A stretch of DNA of 59,797 bases, counting the filler, from Heptranchias perlo (lineage: Eukaryota): the NCBI RefSeq assembly GCF_035084215.1. It is 2 parts of 2 records of this genome, joined end to end, with 100 filler letters (N's around TTAATTAATTAA, not from the genome) between each part and the next. Parts side by side here need not be neighbours in the genome. Positions count along the whole stretch, not along the records: positions 30,902 to 59,797 come from NC_090363.1; 1 more part is not named here. One strand, written 5' to 3'. The translations under genes were made by a program, and so were the position numbers. The number at the start of each line of letters is the position of its first letter. Position 1 is the first letter of the stretch. Below are positions 45,401-59,739 of the stretch, piece after piece. Below the pieces are notes generated by a model that was not told the DNA's origin, made no database searches, and worked only from the letters and a program-made list of their open reading frames with translations.

Positions 45401-48007
45401 AAAAATGGTAGTGTGGTCATTTAACCGCTTTGAAGGATCATTTCCTCTGCATACGTTGGGGGAAAAAAAAGCGAACGATCTTGCAAGAGTCTTCACCTTG
45501 GCAACACTGCGCAAAGCATAAACTGGTGATGCAAATTAACATACAGGACACCACAAATAAGGTTCTGCTGATTATCCCTTCAGGGCTTTCGCTGTAATCC
45601 ACAACCTCTGAGATTTTAGCAAAGGCACAACACCTGCAATTTTGACCCTCCTGAGATTTGGACCGTTTGTCCAATCGGTCAAATGAGGTGTTTTTCCTTG
45701 CAAAAAAAAACCTGTTCCACGGGGAGAGTGGATGTGATGGAAAGTTTAAAACCAAAGTGCAATAGTCTCTCGCTCTCCTGATACTGTCCTATGTAATTAG
45801 CCTGTTGTTTTTTTCATTTGTGCCTGGCAGTGATAGATTAATGGAAATATTCAGGGACTTTGTCCAGATTTGTTTTGCACTAACAGTTTACCAGAGGGAA
45901 TATGTTTCGTGTCTGTGTTTGAGCCCATGGCCCTTCTGCACTATGTTGGTGAAGACTTGTTTCCGAGTTGAGAATCTAATATACAGGGGAACATGAACCC
46001 TTTCTTTTCCACTGCCCACCCCCCCATATTAATGCAATGTCTTCGGTGAAGATATGAAAGTCCTATTTAATTCCTTACGCCCATGTTAAGTTCTTTTTAA
46101 TCAAGATTAGCCTCATTTTGTGTAGTTTTGCTTCACCACCATACTGTAGCTCCAGTGCTATACATCTAAGCTTGTAGCCCCAGCCCATGACGTTAAAGCT
46201 GCACATACCTCCCTGAGAAGTCACTGCAGCAATTGCTAGGTTGCCTGCTCCCTTTCGTTTAAAGTTTTGAAATTTTAGCACATTTGCTGGGTAAGGAAGG
46301 TCTGGAGGAGGCCATTTTGTATCTCTGCTTCCCTTCGGTGGTGTTCCATGATGTGCATAATGCGGGGGTGGGGGTATTGTTAATGGATGCTGACACTTCA
46401 GAGCAGTCCGAGGCTGATCCAGAGATGCCACGTCCCACAGAAAATAATTATGGGCTGTGTACTGTCGGAAATTTTGCACCTAGGCCCCTAGTTCCATCGC
46501 CCTGGCTGATCACTGGGACTGAACTCCAGGGTGCATCTCTGTTGTCTGCCCGACCCCTGAGGTAAGTTTTAAATCCCATTTGTAGTCATTAGCCAAGGTA
46601 TCTTATTTCCACCTGTGTGATATCGCCCACCTTGTCTGTACCTCAGCCCTCCCATGACATTGTCACCTCCAGGTTTGATGTGTCTCGTCACTGGTCTCCA
46701 TCCAACCGTCCTGTTCCGTATCAAGTCCTCACCGACCTCCAGAGGCCTCCCATGTCTCCACTGACCAGCATTCTTTTCTTTGTTTGCAAATCCCTCCGTG
46801 GCTTCACCTCTGCTCCCTCCACCTTGCACCCTCCTATGATCTACTTTGGGGTTGGTGGCCCCATAGCCCATGTCACCTGTTGGTTGAGGGGTAAATATTG
46901 GTCCAGGACACTGGGTCGGGGGAGGGGGGGGCGCTTCTTTTGAAATAGCATCGTGGGATCTTTTACATCCACCTGAGGGGGCACAGAGGGCTTTGGTTTA
47001 ACATCTCATTCGAAAGCTAAGGATCAGCGGTTACAAAGTAAACATGTACATAGCAGGTTTCCTGTGGTTAATAAGTCAACCATAAGATGCAGGTGCTTTC
47101 AACAAACAATCTTGCCCATGGCTTCAGTGTACAAACTGAACCTTTTTACTGTCATGATAAGATTTGGCACAAGGTTGAGTATTTTGTAGGGGGTGAATGG
47201 AGCTGGTGGTTGTAACTGTTTTGTTGCACAGTGGAACCTCCTTTTATATAATGACCTAGATCATTTCCTATTTCTTCAAGTATCCTGATTTTATTTTCCA
47301 CAAGAGCTTCCCTTAGTCCCATTTGCTTTTACAGGATAACCCTCTAAGGAATTTAGCAGTTTTGCCACAAATGATCTTTCAGTTTAAAGAGCTGAGTGCC
47401 TGAGTCATGATTTGTTGGTGGTATTATTGCGAGTCCACTACCCTGTACTAGGACCCTGCCACATTAACACAGTGCACTGAGGAAAAGCAAATGAAGGGCG
47501 AAGGAGCACTCATTACATGGCCCAACAGTGATTGATCACCCAGCCTGGTATCGGGACTACGCAAGCAGCAGATGCACCAGTTGGATTGGATGTCCCTTTC
47601 TGATTTTTGACTTTTTTATGAATGATTTTAAAATTGAGAAATTTCATATGCTTGTTCCTGTTTTAAATTCCGATACAACTCGTGAATCTAATTGAATGCA
47701 GCGGTCCCAGAAATAACGATGCATTAAGCGTGTTATTTATAGAATGTGCAGCGTTTCACATCTGACAAAGATCAGAAGTTGTTAGTTTCCTGCACAGATA
47801 AGAAAGGCTCAGATTCACACCCACAAGTCCTCATGTAGTGAATGCCTGGTATTGGTCATTGCTGTGGAGGGGTGGTTCAAAAGTGGAAGCCAGGCATTTC
47901 GCGCAATGAGGGATGAAGACTTATAAATATTAAAAGAACCAAAAGGTTTAATGCAGCAGCAGTTGAGAGCTTGTTAAACATTATTTTGTCAAAATGGAAG
48001 AAAGAAA

Positions 48008-48437
48008 GACTTGCATTTCTATAACATCTTTCACGACCTCAGGGCATCCAAAGCGCTTTACAGCCAATAAAGTACTTTTGAAGCATAGTTACTGTTGTAA
48101 TGTAGGGAAATGCAACAGTCAATTTGTGCACAGCAAGATCCCACAAACAGCAATGAACTAAATGACCAGGTCATCTGTTTTAGGTGTTGGATGAGGGATG
48201 AATGTTGGCCAGGACACTGGGGAGATTTCCCATGATCTTTGAAACAGCACTGTGGGATCTTTTACGTTCGCCTGAGGGGCAGACTGGGCCTTGGTTTAAC
48301 ATCTCAACCGAAAAACTGCACCTCTGACAGCGCAGCACTCCCTCAGTACTGCACTGGAGTGTCAGCCTAGATTATGTGCTCAGGTCTCTGGACTGGGACT
48401 TTAACCCACAACCTTCTGAATCAGAGGAAAGAGTGCC
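48008..48437 (-). mobile_element. DeuSINE-like tRNA SINE, near full length
   Basis: Same family as 16442-16902. Confidence 0.75.
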
Positions 48438-49654
48438 ACCACTGAGTCACAGCTGAGCCTGAAAAACAGAACGTGTGTAATAGTTACTATAAAATCTGAC
48501 TGCTGAGTCACACGTTGAAATTTTCAGTAACATTGAACGACATATACTCTGGTATGATCTTTCCTAGCCATCTGTATGTGTAAATCACGGTGCAATGTTA
48601 AATCAGTCCAATGCAATGGGCTTTTATGGTGGTAAAATCGTGCTAGACCCTGAGTGCATATAATCAATCATTCTTCATAAGCAGAAGCTGAACCAGTTTT
48701 ACAGAGGGACATAATGACCTCACAGCAGGTGAATGCTGCAGGACTCTGCTTGAGACTTTGTGCACCTATGAAAGACACTGCGGAACTGCACACCAACATC
48801 AACATAGATATCTATGTAGGCTGTAGCAGCATCTAAAGCACTACGACTTGCTAGCCTGTGCTTCAGGCTATTCTCTGCAGTTGAATAATCAAGAATCTGA
48901 TCCACCTACTTTACAAAGATGGATAGGCATTTTACAACCATTGGTGGATGGATCAGTCATATAATCCATGAAACTCACAGTTGGCAATTAGCCAATGTGT
49001 TGTTGCATCAACCATGACCTTATCTTTAAAACCAATTTATGTTGAAGTCTGAAGGTTACATGGCAAATTAAAGGCCCATTTGGGCTTGGCATGTTTGGGA
49101 TATATTACTTCACTGAGACTTGCTACAGCTATCAAATGTCACCTCGATTCTTGTCTTTAAAATCTGTATTCCAAAAAAAAACCCCTCTGCACTGTGATAC
49201 AGGTCTATGAATCCCCAATTAGCATATTTAATTTGAGATATCGCAATTACTGGTTAATTGGGAAGGGAATTTCTTGTAATAGTTGGAAAATAAAGCATTG
49301 CAGAGGCATTTTTTAAAAATTCACTGCTTCCACCACCCTTTCAGGCAGTGAATTCCAGATAATAAGAACTCACTGCATTAACAAAAAAAAAAATCTCATC
49401 ACCCCTCTGGTTCTTTTGCCAATAGTTGCCTTCTGTTGCTGCAGCAAACAACTCTTGTGGTTGTACTGCTACTCCTGCCGTACTGCTTCAGCATGCAGGT
49501 GTGTTTAGCCGATAACACGTGGCGCAGAGGGCCACAAACTAACAAGCCTGCATTTATAAAAGCGCCATTTACATTCTTGGGACCTCCCATAGCACTTCAC
49601 ACCCGAAGAATTACTTCCTCTGTGCACATTTCTGATCTCTTATATTACAAAATG

Positions 49655-50100
49655 GCTGTCGAAGCACTGGAGATGGTGCAAAAAAGATTCACAAGGGTGA
49701 TAGCAGAACTGAGGAAAGGCTGAACAGGCTGGGGCTCTTTTCTAGAAAAGAAAAGGCTGAGAGGTGACCTGATAGAGGCCTTTAAGATTATGATAGGGTA
49801 GACGTAGAGACGATGTTTCCACTTGTGGAGGATTCCAATACTAAAAGCCATAAATAAAAAGTAGGGAACTCAGGAGAAACTTCTTCACCCAGAGAGTGGT
49901 GAGAATGTGGAACTCACTACCACGAGGACACATAGCACAAATGCATTTAAAGGGAAGCTAGATAAGTATATGAGGGAGAAAGGAATAGAAGATTATGCTG
50001 ATAGGGTGAGATGAAGAGGGGGGGGGGGGGAGGAATCTCGTGTGGAGCATAAACACCGGCATAGACCAGTTGGGCCGAATGGCCTGTTTCTATCCTGTTA
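49655..50100 (+). mobile_element. CR1 LINE 3' fragment
   Basis: Similar to 3940-4445. Confidence 0.75.
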
Positions 50101-52599
50101 TTTTTATAAGTATAATCACTGTTGTTTGATAGCCCGCTTCATGTACAGCAAAGTGGGGGATGGGATCCAGACTGAGGGGGAGCACATAAAGGTGTCGAGG
50201 CAGAAATATATATATATTTTTTTAAACAGCATCTCACATTGCGGCTGGGGCCGACCAGCAGTAGCATCACTTGATATCCTGCCGCCATGCTTTCACCAGG
50301 GAACAAAACCGAGGGAAACCGTTCAGGGTGGGAGGGGAGGAAAGAATGCCTGTATATCCAGTGGGGTGCCCCGATCTGGCTCAGCCAGATCACTTGATTC
50401 ACCAGGAAATAAAACTGCATCAATGGGCAGGCAACCAAAAGGCACCTGGCACTTCATAGGAACAGGAGTAGGCCATTCAGCCCCTCGAGCCTGTTCTGCC
50501 ATTCTATTAGATCATGGCTGATCTGTATCTTAACTCCATTTATCTGCCTTGGTTCCATATCCCATAATATCCTTACCTAACAAATCTATCAATCTCAGTT
50601 TTAAAATGATTAATTCTCCCCCAGCCTCTTGGGGGAGAGAGAGTTCCAGATTTCCACTCCCCTTTGTGTGAAGAAATGCTTCCTGACATCACCCCGGCAC
50701 GGCCGAGCTCTAATTTTAAGGTTATGCCCCCTTGTTCTGGACTCCCCCCACCACCACAACCAAATCAGAGGAAATAGTTTCTCTCTATCTACCCAATCGA
50801 CTCCTTTTAATCATCATAAACACCTCAATTAGATCACCCCTTAGTCTTCTATCCTCAAGGCCAATATATCCTTCCTGAGGTACGGTGCCCACAACTGAAC
50901 ACAGTACCCTAAATACTTCAGCACGGGCTGTAGCCAAATTTTTCCGGGGGAGGCGGGGGGCGTACTGCATTGGGGTTGAGGGCGCCAGACATCAGGCCAG
51001 TTTGAATTGTAGAGCGACCACTTGCCTTTAATGTAGAAAAACATCCCAAGGCTCTTCGCAGGAAGCGTAATTATACAATGTTGGACGCAGAGCCAAAGGA
51101 GGAGATATTAGGGGTAACTACATGCTTTGTCAAGGAGGTGGGTTTGAGGAGGGTCTTGGAGGTGGAGAGGTACAGGGAGGGAATTGCAAAGCATAGGGTC
51201 CAGACAGCTGAAGGCACGGCCGCTGCCAGTGGTGGGCAACGGTAGTGGGGGGTGCACCAGAGGCCAGAATCGGAAGAACACAGAACTTTGAGGGTTGTAG
51301 CGCTGGAGAAGATTAGAGACGGGACGGGACGAGGCCGTGAGATTTAAACACGAGTGATCGTTTTAAATTTGAGCTGTCGGACCGGGAGCCGATGTAGGTC
51401 AGCGAGCGCTGGGGTGATTAGTGAACGGGACTTGGTGCGGAGTGGGATACAGGGCAGTGGCGTCTTAGATGAGTTGAAGTTTATAGATTAGTTGAATTTT
51501 AGGCAACAGAACTCAAATAGAGAGCACAAAACACATCGGGGAAAGAAAGACTTGCATTTATATAGCGCCTTTCATGACCTCCAGACGTCCCAAAGCGCTT
51601 CACAGCCAATGAGGTACTTTTGAAATATAACTTACAATTGGGACTGACCATTAGTGTTGATGTTCAATGCAAAGTTGGAATTTGTTATTCGGTTGTATTG
51701 AGACAGGAAGGGAGAATGTGAAGCTAGTTGTTCCTCTGGCAAAACTGGTTACATTGTATTTTAATCATAAATTTGAATGGTATTTACATAGTAAAGGATT
51801 GCAGAACAGCTCTGGAATTCCCCTGTGTTCAACACTTGCAATTTTATTGATAGGAGTTTGTAACATTGAGCAGCAGCCAAATCCTGGAAATAGGGGAGGA
51901 GACAGGCAAAAAAACATCAAGCCAGCTCTAATTTTAGGCAGAGGGATAGATATTAAAAGCAGCCAACACACTGGGAATGTTTTAATTTCAAAAGTAAGTA
52001 TTAAAAGTATTAAGTTACTGTTTAATGCTGCTGTACAGAACCTTCAGGAAAAGATCAGTACCATCCAGAACACTCTGATGTGACTGGCAATTGTGACTTT
52101 CAACACATAGTTTAACATTACATCTCCTATCATCGCACCATCTACTGGTGTCAGAGAAACATGGCATTCCCTATAGGAAATATTTACATAGAACTGTTCA
52201 ATGGAAAGAGTGACCTGCTTTGTCAGTTTTAATAATAGATTTTATTTGCTATGTTTCTTGCACTTGGCTTTCTTCTACCTCTACAGCTTGAGATAGTTTT
52301 TTGCTTCAGGAAGCAGATTTTATTGTACTTGGTGAGAGTGAAACGGCTTTATAATTGTAGGGGAGAGAAGGGCGTAACTTGCTGACAGAAATCCAAAATC
52401 TCTTTAGTATGTAGGGCTACAAAGAGTTTTCTTAATGGTACTAACAAGTTGAAACTAAAGGTTGGTGCGTGTGATTGAAACTGGGGATATACAGCATAAA
52501 AGTTCTTTACTTTTTGCATTTTATGAACTGTAATGATGCCGTGCTTCAGCTCCTGTAGCTGCATATAGGTCATGGGGAGGGAAGAGGAAGCAGAAGTGT

Positions 52600-52980
52600 G
52601 GCATCCCACTCCAGATACTTGAGCACAAAATCTAGGCTGACACTCCAGTACAGTACTGAGGGAGTGCTGCATTGTTGGAGGTGCCGTCTTTTGGATGAGA
52701 CGTTAAACTGAGGCCCTCTCGGGTGGACATAAAAAAACCCCACGGCACTATTTCGAAGAGGAGCAGGGGAATTCTCCCTGGTCAATATTTATCCCTCAGT
52801 CAACATCACTAAAACAGATTATCTGGTCATTATCACATTGCTGTTTGTGGGACCTTGCTGTGCACAAATTGGCTACCGCATTTCCTACATTACAACAGTG
52901 ACTACACTTCAAGAAGTACTTCATTGGTTGTGAAGTACTTTGGGACGTCCCGAGGTCATGAAAGGCGCTGTATAAATGAA
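52600..52980 (+). mobile_element. DeuSINE-like tRNA SINE
   Basis: Same family core. Confidence 0.72.
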
Positions 52981-54567
52981 AGGAAGAAAGAAAAAAAAAC
53001 TTTCATGATGATGCCGGTATTCCGTAAAGACTATCCTAAAAGTTCTGGAATAAAATGACAGTGTAACACTTCTCCAGTTTTTAATGCATGTGAGACTAGC
53101 GAGCCCTCGTTTCTTGCTGCCAAAAGATGAAATGTTACTTTTAATTTCTCTTGGTACAGGTCACAGGAATTTTATAAATCAATACTGATGCTTGGTGTTG
53201 CTGTGGGTTGGTTGTCAGTTGGTTTACAGATGGGGATCTAGTAATCTGCAGTCCACTCTATTTAGATTGTGGGGATAAGGCTTCAGAGCACCAGTAGCAT
53301 TGGAGAAGCAAATGCAATACACAATCATTTAAACGTCACTGTTATCTGCGGGCTTTCCTAATGCCAGGGGATTCTGGCAGGGTTTCTTTGCTCCTGCATC
53401 CACCAGCCATCTATGTTCCACCTACGGGTGGGAAATTACAGGCTGGTGAACAGAGAGGTAGAAAAACCCAGCCAGCCATGCAGGGTCCCATTAGTGGCCT
53501 GCGTGGGCAGGCTCGGCACCTAGTCCGAACTATGACGGGAAAAGAAATTCTGGGGTTCGCCTCGTGCTGACTGGTACAAGTCTGTTTGTTCCCAACAGCT
53601 GGGGGTCAAGGCAGAGATACTACCTCTTGATGGTGATGGTCGTAATGAGGCGGGAAGCAACTAAGTGTGCTAATTTCCTGAATTGAAACTGCAAATTGCA
53701 CTACCAGCTTCCTTGCGATCTGGTGGCTCAGTGTGTTGCAAGGGACGAATATGCTCAGAGCCCAGTGACCAATTGACCACTGCAGGTGCACGGCATAATT
53801 GCATCACAGCATCTATTCATGAACTCAACACAGGCCGTGTATGTGCTGACGTCATGTCTCATGACCGTGAGAAGGGTACATAAAATCCACAAAGATCGTT
53901 CCAACAGCACAACTGGTCAATGTTAGACTGGTAGCAGGGGCAAAGACCAAGGGAAAAATGGGCCTCGTTTATCGAAATCGTGTCAATTTTACATGCCATT
54001 GTCAGAAAGTAATGGATATCCATTCTGAAATCAGCCTCTAATTGTGAAATGGAGAAAAGATCTTGGTATCGGCCGTTTCCTCTTAGTCGAGGGAACTTCA
54101 GAATTAACCGTAAGCTTGGAAATGGTCACCCATCATATGAACCTCAGATTTAGATCACCGGCGAGGTATTTTGTTTTAATTTTGCAATTTTATAATCTAT
54201 ATGTTGAAAATCTTGCGTCTTGCACTTCCTGTGCCAACTTATGTTCATATGTCTAGTGAAACCTGCCTATGTAAACTTATCATGCTGTAATTCCGTCCTT
54301 CCGCCACTGGTTCAGCATCTGTTTTGTGTGTCTCGCCTCCTCAGCCTGCACTGCAGCGATCCTTCTATATTGCAACCAACCCTACACCTCCTGCTTTCCA
54401 AATTGCCAGAAGTTTTGTCAAAGTATTTAAAAAGAAGGCCAATGTAAGGCTTTAAAATGGGGACTGAATTGCATCTGTACACCCTGGTCCAATTATCCGG
54501 TGCCCTCTCACCCGAACACTAAACTGAGATTGACCAGTATAAAATAATATCGTGGGAATAGTGTCAG

Positions 54568-55008
54568 CCATGTCTCAGTGGGTAACACTCACCTGAGTCA
54601 GAAGGTTTGTGGGTTCAAGTCCCATTCCACAGACTTGAGCATAAAATCTAGGCTGACACTCCCAGTGTACTACTGAGGGAGTGCTGCATTGTTGGAGATG
54701 CCGTCTTTCGGATGAGACGTTAAACCGAGGCCCTGTCTGCCCCCTCAGGTGGACGTAAAAATCCCATGGCACTATTTCGATGAAGAGCAGGGGTGTTCTC
54801 CCCGGTGCCTTGGCCAATATTTATCCCATCACTTTTATATATAAAAAAATTATCTGTTCGTTATCACATTGCTGTTTGTGGGAGCTTGCTGTGCGCAAAT
54901 TGGCTGCCACGTTTCCTACATTACAACAGCGACTGCACTTCAAAAGTACTTCATTGGCTGTGAAGCTCTTTGGGCCGTCCTGAGGTGGTGAAAGGCACTG
55001 TATACATG
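54568..55008 (+). mobile_element. DeuSINE-like tRNA SINE, full length
   Basis: tRNA head (CTCAGTGGGTAACAC..GGTTCAAGTCCC) plus family core. Confidence 0.78.
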
Positions 55009-55599
55009 CACTTTTGTTTAGTGATCTTCTGTTTTTGGGGTTTTTGTTGTTGCTGGTGTCATCCCATGGTGACAGGTGGCGGTATCCTCTGTGTAGTTCG
55101 TACATGAAGACATCCACTTTGAAGAGTAAAGAATTCTGGTGCAACTGCTTGTTTGTTGAGGGATCTAGGAAATAAGTCAATATAAAGGATGTGACTGTGC
55201 CAGCATTTTGACCGGTTGCAAATTGTCAGTTCCTTTCCAGTTTCTCATGCCTGAATCAAACTCAAGTTGCTGACATTTTATACACACTGTAAAAACTTAA
55301 CAGCCCATTGATAGACGGAAGTAAACCATGTGAAATGCATCACCTCTCACCACTCCAACTTCACTTTTTGTTGTGTTTTTGGTTTCTCTTCCTCCTTGGT
55401 TTTCGCTTCATGTACCTTTTTTAATGCTTGATCTTTTTTGCAGCCATCACATTTGGTCCACTTTAGTATCGGGGTTTTCCCCTTTGACAGATCGCTGCAC
55501 TCAAAGAATGTGTGGGGAAACAGATGGCCCTGGTTTTTTTTTGCCTGGTTGGCCGAGTACCAACAGTGAGCCAGTTGGTCACTTAAGAGAGTATTGGGG

Positions 55600-55920
55600 A
55601 GAAAGTGTTCCCACTGGCAGGAGGGTCGGTAACCAAAGGACACAGATTAAGGTAACTGGCAAAAAATCCAGGGGGGAGGTGAGAATTTTTTTTACGCAGC
55701 GAGTTATGATCTGGAATGTGCTGCCTGAAAGGGTGGTGGAAGCAGATTCAATAATAACTTTCAAAAGGGAAGTGCATATGTACTTGAAACGGAAAAATTT
55801 GCAGGGCTACGGGGGGAAGAGCAGGGGGAGTGGGACTAATTGGATAGCTCTTTCAAAGAGTCGGCACAGGCATGATTGGGCATAATGGCCTCCTTCTGGT
55901 GTGCTGAATTATTTCTATGA
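55600..55920 (+). mobile_element. CR1 LINE 3' fragment
   Basis: FFTQRVMIWNVLPERVVEADSIITFKRE. Confidence 0.75.
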
Positions 55921-58111
55921 AATATACTTCATGCTGATTACTGAGTCCTGAACCGATCATACAGGAGCCTTTAATAAGCTTTCTGTTTAAAACTGCCCAT
56001 ATCAGCTACAGACGGTGTCAGTGGACGTGCTGAGCTCATTTTAACTGCAAAAAAAAACACAAGGTGGATACAAATGAAGGCTGACTGATCTATTCTAGCT
56101 CATCCAGAAAGGAAGGACATACAGTTCCTATCACAGAATCTAGCTGTTAAATGATTCCAGGTTTTTACCTCCTATACCTGAATGTCCAATCCACTGGTTA
56201 ATGAATCTTTGTGTAAAAGAACAAAACTGGGTACGATAGCCTAGTGGTTCTGGACCTGGACCAGCAACCCAGAGGGTGTGGGTTCAAATCTTGCCATGGC
56301 AAGTAGTGAAATTGAATTCAATCAAGGCACCAGATAAAAATGACCTTGGAAGTTGCTGGATTGATATAAAAAGCCAACTGGTACCTGCTGCTTCTACCTG
56401 GTCTGGCCTACATGTAACTCCAGACCCACACTATGATTGGCTCTTAATGCCCCTAGGGCAACTAAGGATGTGCAATTAATACTGCTGTGGCAGTGTGTCT
56501 CGCATCCCAAAAACAAAGACCACCCAGATTCGTTGCTAAAATTGCCTTTTGGGATTTGGGGGCCTTGTGTCTAGTAACCAGGACAATTTTTTTCTCCCTA
56601 AAATTACTTACTTTTTTTAAAAAAAGTATCAAAAAGGAGAGGGGAGGCTGAAACTATGCAGGGTGTAAAAGCTGTGTATGCACGTTTATATTGTGATGAT
56701 GAAAAGCAGAATCGAACTGAGCCGAGAGCAGTTAACAATCCCAAGAAAATGTTTACAGGAAGTATCTTTTTAAAAGGGGTCCTCCGTTTTTAAGAGCAGC
56801 CTCTGGACGTTTGATAGAGAATTATTAGCTGTCACTGGGACTGATGGAGATGGGTAATAATAAAGCTAAGGAATTGTTGCTCGGCTAGATGTTAGGCTAT
56901 TGCGCAGTGTGGCGCCAGGGGGGCAGCAGTGGGAGAAACCACGGTCAGCGGTCAAGCTGTGTATGTGCAGACCCTCTTGCTTCGGCAAAAGTCCGCCCTT
57001 CGTCCAGTCAGGACGCGACAGCGAATGACTCGCTGTTGTAAAACCCAGGGGACCGATCACAGCATGACAACTCAGATCACCTGATGTCGGTAAGCCAATG
57101 GTATGTGTACTGTATAGAGAACACTGTATTCAAAGAAAGAACTGAACTTTTTGTTCGTTCGCTGATGACTGCCACCATGACTGACGTACCGTAATAAAGT
57201 TCACCTGAATTTACCACCGGACTCGGAACCTTTTCTCCTTGGAAGCGTCGACCTACTGTATCACTTGGTCCGCAGAAACTATGAGGTCTTACAACGTTCC
57301 ATGTGAAACTTTTTTAAATGGCTTCAGGAGCTCACTGCTACACTCAAACGCAGAGTGCTCAATCTAAAACAGTGGTGTAAATATCGCTGTAATGGAGATT
57401 AGCTTTCATGGATAAAGGGACCGCTGTGAATAATTGGGTGACCATATCAGTTGGGATAGTTGACTATATAATGCACCTACTGGTACGAAAATTATTTGCC
57501 TTAAGATGCTCCTTAAAACCTATCTCTTTGACCAAGCTTTTGGTCACCTGTCCTATTATCTCCTTATGTAGCTCGGTGTCAAATTTTGTTTAATAACGCA
57601 CCTTGGGAAGTTTTACTACGTTCAAGGCGTTATATAAGTGCAAGTTGTAGTTTTGCTTAAGTACTTCTAAATTTCAGCTTTGTCAGTCAGCCAATTAACT
57701 TAGTGTTAAGTTCTCAAGTGAAATGCCAAGTCCTTACAGCAGCAAGGTTTGCCTGTGGTAGAACTGAATGCTGAGTTTCAAACATCTCATTTAGTGGCAA
57801 AATACTAATGCCCCCTTTTAATCCACCCCCATTTGCAATCTGGAACAGATTGCAGATCCCTGGAGGCACTGAAGCAGCAACTGTGGATAGTGCTTGATGT
57901 CGTTGCATTGCTTGTCTGCATCTTCGGGTGAACTCCAGCCAGAAAACATGGTGGCCAGCAGCAGGTTTTTACATTTGCTGCTGTTGGTGTTGCTGCCACT
58001 TAAAAAAAAACCTTCTGAAGTGGATCTCTGTTCCTTCAAAGACAGTTACATTCATACAATGGCTTCTTTTTTCAGATGTTAACAGACTATGTAGTTCCCA
58101 CAGTTTCTATT

Positions 58112-58472
58112 TTTATTTATATAGCGCCTTTCACAACCTCAGGACGTCCCAAAGCGCTTTACAGCCAATGAAGTACTTTTGAAGTGTAGTCGTTGTTGTA
58201 ATGTAGGGAACCCAAATGAGATGCTTTGTCTTAAATAATTGTTTTAAGTGTTGAGGGATAAATATTGGCGAGGACACAGGGAGAACTCCCTTGCTCTTTG
58301 AAATAGTGTCTTGGGATCTTTTTCGCCCACCTGAGAGGGAAGACGGGCTCAGTGTAATGTCTTATCCGACAGTGCAGCGCTCCCTCAGTACTTTGGAGCC
58401 ATCGGAGTGGGGCTTGAACCCTCAGCCGTCTGATGCCGAGGCGAGAGTGCTACCACTAAGCCCAGGCTGACA
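58112..58472 (-). mobile_element. DeuSINE-like tRNA SINE, internally deleted
   Basis: Same family core and head. Confidence 0.7.
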
Positions 58473-59638
58473 TCTTGGTAGGCATGTGCTCCTGGGGCTA
58501 ACTAGTCAGCTTTCAGACTGACGGTATATCGGATCAAATGGAACCAGTTCCGGCCTTATATACTAGGGCATGAGCAAGGGAAAAAAAAATTTTGATAGAC
58601 CTCATGTAGGGCCCCCTGATAGCTGTGAGTTCATCTAGTGAGTAACTATGCCACACTTGACCAGAGAGGTCCTAGATTAAATCCCCAATCTGTGCTAAGT
58701 TATCAAGGTGTTATCTGAGCGACAGGAGCAATTGAAATTGCAGTAACACCAAGTCTTGCTGTCCTAATATGTCCTTATGTTACTCAGTTGAAGCACCTTG
58801 GGACGTTTTACTATGTTAAAGGTGCTACATAGATGCAAGTTGTTGTCATTTTGGTGCTAAAAGGAATTGGAGCTGGTCAACTATGCCTTTTAAAGTTCGC
58901 TGTTCAGGACTAGGTGCCTAGAATGTTTTATCTCCTCCATCATGAACAGTATACCAGCATTTAAGATTATCCCTAGTTTGGATCGTTATTCCAAACATGT
59001 GCAGTATAAATAATTGGATCTGCAGCAAATTCAATTGTTCCTGTTCACTGAATACCAAGAATCGATATTTACTGTAGTGAAAACCGGCTTGTGTACTGAT
59101 CACAGTATTTACATAGCTCACTAGTGCCCCATACTGACTGGAATAAGTTACTGCGACAGTCTAGACGAGATCCAGCGTGGATGTTCGGGTACATTTGAGT
59201 CCAACACATTATCTACAAAAAAAATTAAATGATCCAGCTGCTGTAATACTTCTTACTGTCGTGAAGGAGGTGAATGTGACCTGCTTGGCGTATCAGATTT
59301 TGGTATTCTGCCTACAACATCATTGCACACATCATGTCTGGAGATAATGGGCCAATTGTTCTGGTGTAAAACACAAACCAGCAGCAAAGATACCACATTT
59401 TATTTAGTTGTGCCCTGTATTTGTCAGAACTACTCACAACTTTCTACTTTTCTTATTCCACGTGAGCAAATAAGTTTTGTAACCGTGATTTGTGCTAAAT
59501 GGATCAGCACAGTGGGCATAGACTCCTTGGTGCCCAATCTCTTCAGGACACGATGTGGAGATGCCGGTGATGGACTGGGGTTGACAATTGTAAACAATTT
59601 TACAACACCAAGTTATAGTCCAGCAATTTTATTTTAAA

Positions 59639-59677
59639 TTCACAAGCTTTCGGAGGCTTCCTCCTTCCTCAGGTGAA
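59639..59677 (-). ncRNA. Minimal type I hammerhead ribozyme motif (mirror copy)
   Basis: Exact reverse complement of 59701-59739. Confidence 0.7.
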
Positions 59678-59700
59678 CGATGTGGAAATTTCCAACAACG

Positions 59701-59739
59701 TTCACCTGAGGAAGGAGGAAGCCTCCGAAAGCTTGTGAA
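59701..59739 (+). ncRNA. Minimal type I hammerhead ribozyme motif
   Basis: UUCAC-CUGAGGA-A-GGAGG(AAG)CCUCC-GAAA-GCUU-GUGAA: stem I UUCAC/GUGAA, core CUGANGA...GAAA, stem II GGAGG/CCUCC. Confidence 0.7.

Noticed and set aside
46284-46565. ORF ending at a GTAAG donor as ATF6B exon 2
   Set aside because: No recognisable ATF6 similarity or clear acceptor. No exon 2 could be identified in the window.
54568-54630. tRNA gene
   Set aside because: The A/B-box-like head belongs to a SINE; no full cloverleaf.
56875-57263. Possible solo LTR (TG start, CCAAT, AATAAA, CA end)
   Set aside because: No target-site duplication or second copy found to fix boundaries.
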